Positions 24,166 to 32,000 of a stretch of 32,000 bases of DNA are shown one piece after another (position 1 is the stretch's first letter; each line of letters opens with the position of its first letter). This stretch comes from an uncultured bacterium. GTDB lineage: Bacteria > Auribacterota > JACPWU01. A program made the position numbers and the translations under genes. The stretch lies in contig CAZXEQ010000003.1 of the NCBI GenBank assembly GCA_964640155.1, positions 104,189 through 136,188 on the forward strand. Reading direction: 5' to 3'. The notes under the pieces were generated by a model. The model saw only the letters and a program-made list of their open reading frames with translations, was not told the DNA's origin and did not search any database.

Positions 24166-24628
24166 GTCAGAAAACATTTTTATTACGACCAATCCGAGAT
24201 CGACTTATCGCTTAGGTCAAGCTTGTGCATCTCTCTACCCTAAAGGTGTTATTGCGCTTTTTGGAGATTTGGGGGCGGGCAAGACTGTGTTTGTAAAAGG
24301 TTTTGCTCAAGCGATGGGGGTTAAAAATGTTCGCCATGAAGTTGTAAGCCCTAGTTTTACTTTGATTCGTGAATACGAGGGGAGAAAACCCATTTACCAT
24401 ATCGACCTTTATCGCCTGGAATCAGAAGCGGAGCTTACGCAACTTAATTTGAAAGAATATTTGGATAAAGACGGGATTGTGATTATTGAATGGGCTGAGA
24501 AAGCTTTAAATCTTTTGCCACCTGAAAGATTAGAAGTTCATCTTCAAGTGGTCAACAAAAAGAAAAGAAAGTTAGAGTTTAAGGGGACTCCCGTTAATAT
24601 TCGAAAAGGTCTTTGGATTCGAGAATGA
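24113..24628 (+). CDS. tsaE: tRNA t6A37 threonylcarbamoyltransferase complex ATPase subunit TsaE
   Basis: LFGDLGAGKTVFVKGF, VVSPSFTLIREY and HIDLYRL. The start is uncertain. The ATG at 24113 overlaps thiL by 53 nt, and the in-frame GTG at 24140 is an alternative. Confidence 0.85.
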   Translation: MKRGRKRTLVARGLPTSESENIFITTNPRSTYRLGQACASLYPKGVIALFGDLGAGKTVFVKGFAQAMGVKNVRHEVVSPSFTLIREYEGRKPIYHIDLYRLESEAELTQLNLKEYLDKDGIVIIEWAEKALNLLPPERLEVHLQVVNKKKRKLEFKGTPVNIRKGLWIRE

Positions 24629-25281
24629 AGGTTTTGGGTATTGAAACTTCCACACGTGTTGGAACTTTGGCTCTTGTAGAAGGGCAAAAGGTCCTAGCTG
24701 AAGAAGTCATCAGTGAAAATTTGAGACATGCAGGCCATTTCGAACAGTCGCTCAGGAACTTATTTTCAAAGGCTTCTCTTCTTGAAAAAGATTTAGATGC
24801 GATTGCAGTGGGACTAGGGCCTGGTTCTTTTACAGGTATTCGTATTGGTTTGACAATGGCCAAAGCGTTTGCGTTTGCCCTTCATAAGCCTTTATGGGGC
24901 GTTGGGACACTGGATGTATTGGTTCATGCGTCAAACTTCAAGTTTCAAACCCTTTGCCCTGTGATTTCTGGAGAAGCCCAAGAAGTTTATGGCGGTTTGT
25001 TTGAGAAATCGCAAGGAATGATGACAAAAACTTTTCAAGAGTTTAGCCTTCCTGTATCAAATCTAAAAAATATGTTTGAAAAGCCCGTTTTCTTTTTTGG
25101 CCCTGCTTTAGAAAAACATCGGTTAATTTTTGAAAATTTATTTGAGAATCAATATTTAGATTATTTGACTGTTTTCCCAAAAGCATCCTCTGTTGCAATT
25201 TTGGCTCAAGATTCTAAATGGCGTCTCGAGGGGATGGATATTGTTCCTCGTTATGTTAAAGCGCCCTACGCAGGAGTTTGA
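24625..25281 (+). CDS. tsaB: tRNA t6A37 threonylcarbamoyltransferase complex dimerisation subunit TsaB
   Basis: MKVLGIETSTRVGTLAL...AVGLGPGSFTGIRIGLTMAKAFAFAL. The ATG at 24625 overlaps the tsaE TGA (ATGA). The track's upstream TTG at 24613 is less likely. Confidence 0.88.
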   Translation: MKVLGIETSTRVGTLALVEGQKVLAEEVISENLRHAGHFEQSLRNLFSKASLLEKDLDAIAVGLGPGSFTGIRIGLTMAKAFAFALHKPLWGVGTLDVLVHASNFKFQTLCPVISGEAQEVYGGLFEKSQGMMTKTFQEFSLPVSNLKNMFEKPVFFFGPALEKHRLIFENLFENQYLDYLTVFPKASSVAILAQDSKWRLEGMDIVPRYVKAPYAGV

Positions 25282-25287
25282 TGGTGT

Positions 25288-26418
25288 ATGTCGATTAAAT
25301 CTTTAACGAGTACAAGTGAAAAAGTTTGGCTTGAAATAAGTTCTTCTGCATTGGCCCATAATGTAAAGAGGATTCGTTCTATTCTAGGCCCGATGGTTTC
25401 ACTTCTGTCGGTTGTGAAAGCAGATGCTTATGGGTTGGGTTTGGAGAATATTTCAAAAATTCTTTGGCAAGCAGGTGCCAATACTTTTGGCGTTACAGAC
25501 GTCAAAGAAGGTTTGCTGTTAAGAAAAATTCTTCCAGAAGCTTCGATTATCATTTTAGGTCCAAGTTTTTCAGACAATATGGAAGATATTTTAGACTATA
25601 AACTTGTACCTATGATTTCTTCTTTAGATTTATTGAGAAGGTTAAATGAAGTGGCTCGTTCAAGGCAAAAAAAAGCTCAAGTTCATTTGATGATTGATAC
25701 AGGCATGGGCCGTATTGGTCTTTGGTATGAAAAAGGAGAAGATTTTTTCAAAGAACTTTTGAAGCTGGAGGCTATTGAAATTCAGGGGGTTGCTAGTCAT
25801 TTTGCTTCTTCAGATGGGCAGGATTTAGAATTTTCTAAATTACAACTTCAACGATTTCTTGAATTTTTGTTTAAACTAAAAGTAATGGGTTTTGAAATTC
25901 CTATTCAACATATGGCGAATAGCGGTGCTCTGATGAGACTCCCCGAATCATTCTTTAATATGTCTCGAATTGGAATTTTGATGTATGGGGTTTATCCCAG
26001 TCCCTGGACCCCCAGAGACGATTTTAAAGCAGTGTTTACTTGGAAAACACGAGTTGCTTTTATTAAAGAAATAGAAGAAGGGCGAACAGTGAGTTATGGT
26101 TCAACATTTGTTGCAAAAAATAAAACAAAAATTGCAACACTTCCTGTAGGGTATAGTCATGGTTATGATCGTAGACTTTCAAATTGTGGAGAAGTTCTGA
26201 TTGGGGGAAGGCGTTGCCCTGTGGTAGGAAGAGTGACTATGGACCAAATCATGGTTGATTTAGGTTTAGAAAGTTTAGTTAAGGTAGATGATGAGGTTGT
26301 TCTTATTGGTTCTCAGGGACAGGAGAGTATTACTCTAGAAGAGATGGCTCAAAGAATAGATACTGTTCCCTATGAAATCATGTGTGGATTAAAAGTTGAG
26401 AAACTCTATATCGATTAA
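25288..26418 (+). CDS. alr: Alanine racemase
   Basis: PLP-lysine motif SVVKADAYGLG, ASHFASSD, PVGYSHGYDR and GRVTMDQIMVD. 376 aa. Confidence 0.9.
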   Translation: MSIKSLTSTSEKVWLEISSSALAHNVKRIRSILGPMVSLLSVVKADAYGLGLENISKILWQAGANTFGVTDVKEGLLLRKILPEASIIILGPSFSDNMEDILDYKLVPMISSLDLLRRLNEVARSRQKKAQVHLMIDTGMGRIGLWYEKGEDFFKELLKLEAIEIQGVASHFASSDGQDLEFSKLQLQRFLEFLFKLKVMGFEIPIQHMANSGALMRLPESFFNMSRIGILMYGVYPSPWTPRDDFKAVFTWKTRVAFIKEIEEGRTVSYGSTFVAKNKTKIATLPVGYSHGYDRRLSNCGEVLIGGRRCPVVGRVTMDQIMVDLGLESLVKVDDEVVLIGSQGQESITLEEMAQRIDTVPYEIMCGLKVEKLYID

Positions 26419-26434
26419 TTGAAAGGATTTTAAG

Positions 26435-26818
26435 ATGAAAAAAATAATTTATACTCCTAAAGCTCCAAAACCGGTTGGCCCGTATTCTCAAGCTGTTTTA
26501 GCAAATGGGTTTTTATTTCTCGCAGGGCAAATCCCTTTAGATCCTACAACGGGAGAGCTTGTTTCAGGCTCTGTTAAAGATCAGGTAAAGCGCATTATTG
26601 AGAATATAAAAGCCGTTGTTGAAGAAGCAGGCGGAAAATTATCTGACATTGTGAAAGCGACAGTTTTTTTAAAAAATCTTGATCATTTTGCTGATATGAA
26701 TGAGGTTTATTCTCAATATTTTAATGAGATCAAACCTGCTCGTACGACCATTGAAATAAGTCGTTTGCCTAAAGGGGCAGATGTTGAAATAGAAGTGGTT
26801 GCAGCTCTTAAGTCTTAA
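26435..26818 (+). CDS. ridA: RidA family reactive enamine/imine deaminase (YjgF/YER057c/UK114)
   Basis: APKPVGPYSQAV...FLFLAGQIPLDPTTGELV...KATVFLKNL..F..MNEVY..YF...PARTTIEISRLPKGADVEIE. Confidence 0.9.
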   Translation: MKKIIYTPKAPKPVGPYSQAVLANGFLFLAGQIPLDPTTGELVSGSVKDQVKRIIENIKAVVEEAGGKLSDIVKATVFLKNLDHFADMNEVYSQYFNEIKPARTTIEISRLPKGADVEIEVVAALKS

Positions 26819-26912
26819 TGAAAAAAAGTTAACATATTTTCTGAATCTTTTAAAATCTTGACTCAATCGAAGGAGTTATGTTAGCTTTTGCCTTCGATAA
26901 AAGGGGCACTTT

Positions 26913-27284
26913 GTGGAAAAAGCAGGTAATATTGAGTTTAAATGTATTCAGGGTGAATGCGAAGGGCTTGTTCGCTTTTCTATTCTAGATGTGAGCGGCA
27001 AAATTGCGGTTAAATGCCCTAACTGCCAGAATGACTATACTTTTAATAAAGATCTAACTGAAAAAATCAAAAAATTTGTTGAATTGATTTTAGCTGTTCG
27101 ATCTGCTGAAAGTATTCTGGGAAATACACATGTTGCTATCGATGTAGATAGACATTCTGTTCAAGTTCCTTATCGATTGCTTTTAACCCGTTTGAATACA
27201 TTGCTGACGCTTAAAATCGGGTCTCAAGAAATTATTTTTAAATTTCGAGTTGAACCTCTTAAAGGTCACGCCAAAACTTCTTAG
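26913..27284 (+). CDS. Hypothetical protein with an N-terminal zinc-ribbon-like CxxxC...CxxC motif
   Basis: GTG start with AAGGGG 6 nt upstream. The motif reads CIQGEC...(19 aa)...CPNC. No family recognised. Confidence 0.5.
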   Translation: MEKAGNIEFKCIQGECEGLVRFSILDVSGKIAVKCPNCQNDYTFNKDLTEKIKKFVELILAVRSAESILGNTHVAIDVDRHSVQVPYRLLLTRLNTLLTLKIGSQEIIFKFRVEPLKGHAKTS

Positions 27285-27294
27285 GATTCTAACA

Positions 27295-27417
27295 AGTCTG
27301 ATGAAAAAGCCCAATCTGCTTCGTTGCACACTGCGTTTCTTTGTGCGGCGTATAGGAAAACATACGCCTCCGCAGTCACTTGTGTGCGCCTTGCATCTTA
27401 GACTTTTTGATCAGACT
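27295..27417. repeat. 123-nt imperfect palindrome (MITE-like element, structured RNA or long terminator) in the intergenic region
   Basis: The left arm AGTCTGATGAAAAAGCCCAATCTGC...GCACAC (27295-27331) pairs with the right arm GTGTGC...GCATCTTAGACTTTTTGATCAGACT (27382-27417). About 31 of 38 positions are complementary, with one 1-nt indel. The central hairpin is GGCGTAT(27347-27353)/ATACGCC(27362-27368). Confidence 0.55.
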
Positions 27418-27451
27418 ATAACCAATCGGGGTTTTTCAGAAGACTGCAATC

Positions 27452-27853
27452 ATGAATGAAGCGATTCGGATTTTACCCGATCTTCAATTCAGCATTCTTT
27501 GCGATGATGTTCGCCGCGAACATAATGGAAAGTTAATCCTTCTAGGTCTTTTTGAAACCATTGGAGCAAATCAATTTCCTGTTTCTCATCCTACGCTTTT
27601 TGTTGTCAATCGATGGTGCAATGGTGTCGGAGAATTTAAACAAAATACCGTGATCAGACGCCCAGATAATTCTGTTTTGGCAGAGGATACCATTACGGTT
27701 GTAAAATTAGATGATTTGAAAGCAAAACACACGGTCATTGCACGTTTCAATAATCTTCGTTTTGATATTCCGGGTGAGTACGCTATTGAAATTCGTGTAG
27801 ATGGGGATGTTAAAATTCGATACCCTGTCGTTCTTGTGGCAAATGCGAAGTAA
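27452..27853 (+). CDS. Hypothetical protein (133 aa, predicted all-beta)
   Basis: ATG-initiated ORF, no recognisable motifs. Its stop overlaps the next gene's start by 11 nt. Confidence 0.5.
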   Translation: MNEAIRILPDLQFSILCDDVRREHNGKLILLGLFETIGANQFPVSHPTLFVVNRWCNGVGEFKQNTVIRRPDNSVLAEDTITVVKLDDLKAKHTVIARFNNLRFDIPGEYAIEIRVDGDVKIRYPVVLVANAK

Positions 27854-28874
27854 AAAAGGTGTTAGCTATTTTGGCAATCGGTATATCAAACATTTTCAAG
27901 AAGATTTAGCAGAAATTGTTTCTTTCCCTTTTCAATACATCATTCATACCTTCAGTGAAAATGATCTTCTTTATTATCGAAAAACTCTCGAAGATTTTGT
28001 GGAACTCTCAAAAGAATCAGGGTTAGAAGTTTATTTAGATCCTTGGGGAGTAGGGCGTATATTTGGAGGAGAGGCGTTTTCAAAATTTGTTGCGGATTTC
28101 CCTGGTGAATGTCAAATTCTTGCTTCTGGAAAAAGGGTAGCAGCTGCTTGTCCTAATCGTGCATCCTTTCAAGATTTTATGATGAACTGGGTAGAAGTTG
28201 CATGCGATTTGGGCCCGGATGTTATTTTCTGGGATGAACCCCATTATTATGTGGAGGGAGCTTTAGCTTTAAAAAATCCTGAAAGCTATGAAGATTGGGG
28301 ATGTTGTTGTGATGTTTGTCAATTACAGTTTTCTTCTGAATATGGGCATCCCATAGGGAAAACATTAACGTCAGAAGTTGTTGAATTCCGAGAGAAAAAA
28401 CTCATTCTTTTTTTAAAGAGATTATCTGAAAGAGTTCATTCTAAAAAAGTACGCAATGCTGTTTGTTTACTTCCCTCACCTCTTCCAAAGTTTTCTAGAA
28501 TTTTAGGTATTGAAAAATGGGAGTCTCTGGCTTCTTTAAAAGAAATTGATATTTTGAGCACAGATCCTTATTGGTGTTTGATGAATCAGCCAATTCATGA
28601 ATTTGTAGAAATTTTTTCAAAGCATTTGATAGAGCTGGCTCAAAAATTTGGTAAAGAATCAGAAGTATGGATTCAAGGGTTCAAAATACCGGGAGGGAAA
28701 GAAAAAGAAGTTTTTGAAGCAATTCAGCTCGTTGAGTCTTTAAACCCTTCGCGTATGGCCGTGTGGTCGCATCAGGCGACAGGGTGTATGTCTGAATTGG
28801 CTTGTGATGATTCTCAAAAAGTTTGGAGTGAAATTAGAAAAGGTTTTCACGCTTTAGGTGCGAGGCAAAGGTAA
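27843..28874 (+). CDS. Putative glycoside-hydrolase-like TIM-barrel protein with a GH42-like Cys cluster
   Basis: ACPNRASFQDFMMNWVEVACDLGPDVIFWDEPHY, then ~50 aa later WGCCCDVCQLQF (28302-28319). This resembles the GH42 'CPn.p.yr...W..NE' plus CxCxxC zinc-site arrangement. The ATG at 27843 is preferred over the track's 27801. Tentative assignment. Confidence 0.4.
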   Translation: MRSKKGVSYFGNRYIKHFQEDLAEIVSFPFQYIIHTFSENDLLYYRKTLEDFVELSKESGLEVYLDPWGVGRIFGGEAFSKFVADFPGECQILASGKRVAAACPNRASFQDFMMNWVEVACDLGPDVIFWDEPHYYVEGALALKNPESYEDWGCCCDVCQLQFSSEYGHPIGKTLTSEVVEFREKKLILFLKRLSERVHSKKVRNAVCLLPSPLPKFSRILGIEKWESLASLKEIDILSTDPYWCLMNQPIHEFVEIFSKHLIELAQKFGKESEVWIQGFKIPGGKEKEVFEAIQLVESLNPSRMAVWSHQATGCMSELACDDSQKVWSEIRKGFHALGARQR

Positions 28875-29983
28875 TGCGAAATTTATTCAATTTTGAATCT
28901 TATATCCTTCGGAATCGTTGGGCTTTGGAATGGGCTCTGCGTATTTGGGGTGGTAAAAAAATTTTAGCCAATTATTTTCTTTCTAGATCTTTGTCCATGG
29001 GAGTTCCCTTATCTTATACTTTTTCAGTTTTTGAAAAAATAAGATCGTTAGAGGATTGGGTAAGGCTTTGGTATCGATTGGGTGTGAAATGTGAATCCAT
29101 GGCAAAATCAGCTGAAAAGGAAGGATTGTCTTATACAACGACACAGTTTTGGTTGATTGCAAGAGCCGTTTTTCATATGGCTCAATTTCCATTTTATGAA
29201 CCTTCAGAATATAAACAAAGAATTTATTTTAAAAGTGCTGCAGCATATGCAAAGGCAGCTCCTCAACTTGATCCTCCTGCCCGAAAGGTCTTTGTACCCT
29301 TTCAGTCATTTCAACTCCCAGGATATTTTAGAGAGACAAAAGATGATCAAGGAAGATGTGTAGTCATTTTAGGTGGAATTGATGGGGTGAAAGAAGAGAT
29401 TCATTATTATGGAGAGTATTTTGTTAAAAGAGGATTTTCTGTTCTTTATTTTGATGCTCCAGGATTAGGAGAGTCTTGGAGCCAAGTCAAACTTGAGCCA
29501 AATTTTCAGGAACTAGGGGAGTCCATTCATTCTTTTATTCAGAAATCTTGGCCAAATCGATTTTCTAAAATTTCCATCTTAGGAATCAGTTTGGGTGGAA
29601 ATATGGTGATTCATATGGCTGCTAGTAAAGTACAATTTACTTCTTGTGCTGCGATTTCACCTCCTTTTGCGCCGCGGTTGTATTTTAATCAACTCCCTTT
29701 CTTAGTTCAAAAAGCAGCGGGTTATATTGTTGGAGGAGATTCGTTCCTGAATGACTTTATGGAAAGGATTTCTTTGCGCGAGATTATTTCAAAAGTACAT
29801 TGTCCTTTATTGGTTGTTGGGGGAGGCAAAGACAGGATTATTCCTGGTCAAGAAGCGGTTGAAGCTTTTAAAAGAGCTCCCGAACCTAAACGTCTTCTTT
29901 TCTACCCTGATGGAACACACGTTTGTCCTGAGTATAATGTGGAGATGCTTTGGGAAATTGAAAAATGGTTTAAAAAAACATAG
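28874..29983 (+). CDS. Alpha/beta hydrolase (FrsA/DUF1100-like esterase)
   Basis: Nucleophile elbow ILGISLGGNMV (GxSxG), VVGGGKDRIIP (Asp) and YPDGTHVC (His). The start overlaps the upstream stop (TAATG). Confidence 0.75.
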   Translation: MRNLFNFESYILRNRWALEWALRIWGGKKILANYFLSRSLSMGVPLSYTFSVFEKIRSLEDWVRLWYRLGVKCESMAKSAEKEGLSYTTTQFWLIARAVFHMAQFPFYEPSEYKQRIYFKSAAAYAKAAPQLDPPARKVFVPFQSFQLPGYFRETKDDQGRCVVILGGIDGVKEEIHYYGEYFVKRGFSVLYFDAPGLGESWSQVKLEPNFQELGESIHSFIQKSWPNRFSKISILGISLGGNMVIHMAASKVQFTSCAAISPPFAPRLYFNQLPFLVQKAAGYIVGGDSFLNDFMERISLREIISKVHCPLLVVGGGKDRIIPGQEAVEAFKRAPEPKRLLFYPDGTHVCPEYNVEMLWEIEKWFKKT

Positions 29984-29998
29984 ACTATATTCCTTTAT

Positions 29999-31498
29999 AT
30001 GAAAAAAATAATTCCTATTATTCTTTCTATTGATCAAGGGACTTCTAGTTCTCGCGTGATTGCTATCGATGTAAAAGGGCAAATTATTGCACAGGCTTCA
30101 CGTGCTTTTCGCTGTTTTTATCCGCGCCCGGGCTGGGTTGAACAAGATCCGGAAGAAATTTGGCAGACGGTCTATGTCTGTATTCAGGAAATCTTTCAAA
30201 AAATAAAAAACATATCATACGAGATTGTTGGAATTGGTATTACCAATCAGAGGGAGACAACAATCTTGTGGGAGAGATCATCAGGTAAGGCATTGGGAAG
30301 GGCTATTGTATGGCAATGTCGACGAAGTGCGGATATTTGTGAAGGATTGAAAAAAGAGCATGGCGAAAAGTATTTTCATCATCGTACAGGGCTTGTCGTA
30401 GATCCATATTTTTCGGCCACTAAAATTCTCTGGCGTTTCAGATATGAAAAAGGTTTAAAAACCAAAGCAAAAAATGGCGAAATTTTATTTGGAACAGTCG
30501 ATAGTTGGTTGATTTGGAAATTAACGGGAGGTCGTGTTCATGCAACAGACAGAACCAATGCTTCTCGAACTCTTCTTTTAAATCTTAAAACAGGGGAATG
30601 GGATAAAGATTTACTTTCTCTTTTAGATATTCCTCATTGCGTACTTCCAGAAGTGAAAGATTCTATTGATGATTTTGGTAAAACAATCAAATTGGGGAAA
30701 TTACCATCTGGGATTCCTATCTCTGGAGTGGCAGGGGATCAGCAAGCCGCACTTTTTGGTCAAGCTTGTTTTAGACCGGGGATGGTAAAGAATACTTATG
30801 GAACAGGTTGTTTTCTTTTATGGCCTCTAGGAAAAAATCTTGTTTTGTCTCGAAATGGACTACTTACCACATGGGCTTGTTTTGGAAAGAAAGCTATGGG
30901 CTATGCATTGGAAGGAAGCATTTTTATTGCTGGAGCTGCTGTGCAATGGTTACGTGATGATTTAAAAGTTTTATCTCAAGCAAAAGATTCTGAAAAGATA
31001 GCCCTTTCAGTTCAAGATAATCACGGAGTTTATTTTGTTCCTGCCTTTACAGGACTAGGATCCCCTTATTGGAATGCACAGGCTCGTGGAACGATTGTGG
31101 GGTTAACTCGAGGAGTAGGTCGAGAACATTTAATTAGAGCCACCCTTGAAGCTATTGCTTATCAAACAAAAGATGTTGTAGAAGCTATGGAGAAAGAAGC
31201 AGGCCAATCTTTCAGAGAATTAAGGGTGGATGGAGGTACGTCTGCTAATCAATTCCTCATGCAATTCCAAGCAGATATTCTGAATTGTACCGTCAATCGG
31301 CCTTATTTCATTGAAACAACAGCGTTGGGTGCTGGATTTATGGCAGGTTTAGGGGTGGGTCTGTGGAGCGACAACGAAGATATAGAAAACTTAAGAAAAA
31401 CGGAGCATATTTTTAAACCATTCATGAAATCTTCTCAGAGAGAGAAACTTTACAATGGTTGGAAAGAGGCTGTAGGAAAAACATTATATGCTTCCTAA
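29999..31498 (+). CDS. glpK: Glycerol kinase
   Basis: ILSIDQGTSSSRVIAID...GWVEQDPEEIW...GITNQRETTILWE...GDQQAALFGQ...GTGCF...VDGGTSANQFLMQFQADIL. 499 aa. Confidence 0.95.
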   Translation: MKKIIPIILSIDQGTSSSRVIAIDVKGQIIAQASRAFRCFYPRPGWVEQDPEEIWQTVYVCIQEIFQKIKNISYEIVGIGITNQRETTILWERSSGKALGRAIVWQCRRSADICEGLKKEHGEKYFHHRTGLVVDPYFSATKILWRFRYEKGLKTKAKNGEILFGTVDSWLIWKLTGGRVHATDRTNASRTLLLNLKTGEWDKDLLSLLDIPHCVLPEVKDSIDDFGKTIKLGKLPSGIPISGVAGDQQAALFGQACFRPGMVKNTYGTGCFLLWPLGKNLVLSRNGLLTTWACFGKKAMGYALEGSIFIAGAAVQWLRDDLKVLSQAKDSEKIALSVQDNHGVYFVPAFTGLGSPYWNAQARGTIVGLTRGVGREHLIRATLEAIAYQTKDVVEAMEKEAGQSFRELRVDGGTSANQFLMQFQADILNCTVNRPYFIETTALGAGFMAGLGVGLWSDNEDIENLRKTEHIFKPFMKSSQREKLYNGWKEAVGKTLYAS

Positions 31499-32000
31499 AA
31501 AATTAAGATCCTATCCATTTCTTGTTTTCGGTCATCGAGGTTCACCCTTTCGTGCGATTGAAAACACCATCGCGAGTTTTCAAAAAGCATTTGAAGAGGG
31601 TGTTCATGGTGTTGAATTGGATGTTCGTTTAAGTCGAGATGGGAAAGTTTTTGTTTTTCATGATGAAAAGATGAAGCGTTTGGCTCATAGGAAAGGATCT
31701 TTTCGCCAATATTCTTCGAAAGATTTGTCTTCGATTTTAGTTTCATCTTCTGAAAAGAAAATAAATTCGGAACACATTCCATCTTTAGAGAAAGTTCTTT
31801 CACTGCTCTCTAAACATCTTTTTTTCTATGTAGAATTAAAAGTAGAACCTTCTTCTTATTCCCAGCGATATAAGCTTGCTCAAAAGACACTCTTACTGTT
31901 GAAGAAATATCATTTGGCAGAAAAGTCAATTTTAGTTTCCTTTGATTATGATTTAGTTCGATGGATTAAAAAGAAAAATAAAAGTTTTTATACAGGTCTT
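31488..32000 (+). CDS. Glycerophosphodiester phosphodiesterase (GDPD family), 3'-partial at the window edge
   Basis: My own translation from the ATG at 31488: MLPKKLRSYPFLVFGHRGSPFRAIENTIASFQKAFEEGVHGVELDVRLSRDGKVFVFHDEK...IPSLEKVL...YVELK. It carries the HRG..ENT / E.DV..t.DG..vv.HD motifs, shows no stop through nt 32000 (171 codons), and overlaps the glpK end by 11 nt. It is missing from the ORF track because it has no stop codon in the window. Confidence 0.8.
   Translation, partial: MLPKKLRSYPFLVFGHRGSPFRAIENTIASFQKAFEEGVHGVELDVRLSRDGKVFVFHDEKMKRLAHRKGSFRQYSSKDLSSILVSSSEKKINSEHIPSLEKVLSLLSKHLFFYVELKVEPSSYSQRYKLAQKTLLLLKKYHLAEKSILVSFDYDLVRWIKKKNKSFYTGL

Noticed and set aside
26866-26896. 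Hairpin TCGAAGG...CCTTCGA between ridA and the zinc-ribbon ORF as a terminator
   Set aside because: It has a 7-bp stem but a 17-nt loop, and no T-tract follows. It also overlaps the probable RBS region (AAGGGG) of the next gene, so the evidence is too weak to call.
27250-27459. 69-aa + strand ORF spanning the intergenic palindrome
   Set aside because: It overlaps the end of the zinc-ribbon ORF and the start of the next gene. It is almost entirely the translation of the inverted-repeat element (Cys/Arg/Leu-rich, no RBS), so the repeat explains it better.
29157-30082. Short alternative-frame and antisense ORFs (29157-29363+, 29751-30002+, 29807-30082-) around the alpha/beta hydrolase and glpK start
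   Set aside because: They overlap genes with catalytic-triad or FGGY motifs, have no independent start signals, and have low-complexity translations.
31495-31803. 102-aa minus-strand ORF after glpK
   Set aside because: The opposite (+) strand encodes a clear GDPD-family protein across the same bases, and the minus-strand product has no recognisable motif.
1-32000. Mobile elements, prophage, defence islands, toxin-antitoxin pairs, tRNA/rRNA genes
   Set aside because: I saw no integrase, transposase or recombinase motifs, no terminal inverted repeats flanking a gene set, and no tRNA-like cloverleaf candidates in the few intergenic gaps. The gene content downstream of 13 kb is ordinary core metabolism.

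Overview
AT-rich bacterial chromosomal window with no rRNA, tRNA, CRISPR array, transposase or integrase that I could recognise. Two parts. (1) nt 2-13063 is the 3' portion of one uninterrupted giant ORF. It is open to the left window edge, so the true protein exceeds the 4,353 codons visible. Its layout is unusual. At least six tandem ~1.25-kb super-repeats each encode a 7-bladed WD40-like beta-propeller plus a conserved ~100-aa linker. A GC-rich spacer full of 8-bp palindromic hairpins follows. Then come 3 AAA_5 (MoxR/midasin-type) ATPase modules plus one vestigial P-loop, a ~380-aa linker containing an HExxH motif, an acidic D/E-rich stretch, and a C-terminal VWA domain with an intact MIDAS motif (DxSxS). 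The C-terminal half therefore resembles eukaryotic midasin/Rea1, fused here to a propeller array. This is the candidate novel system. (2) nt 13181-32000 is a compact, mostly co-directional housekeeping block: lpdA, lipA, DUF167, moeB-rhodanese (minus strand), a 1007-aa signal-peptide protein of unknown function, aldo/keto reductase, sodC, bioD, CPBP protease, thiL, tsaE, tsaB, alr, ridA, two small hypotheticals flanking a 123-nt imperfect palindrome, a GH42-like TIM-barrel protein, an alpha/beta hydrolase, glpK and a 3'-truncated glycerophosphodiester phosphodiesterase that is absent from the ORF track. The giant protein and the 1007-aa protein share a C-terminal tail motif ending in L[D/E]QAA-COOH. 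All functional calls rest on motif recognition by eye, and no database search was possible. Taxon cannot be determined from the window.
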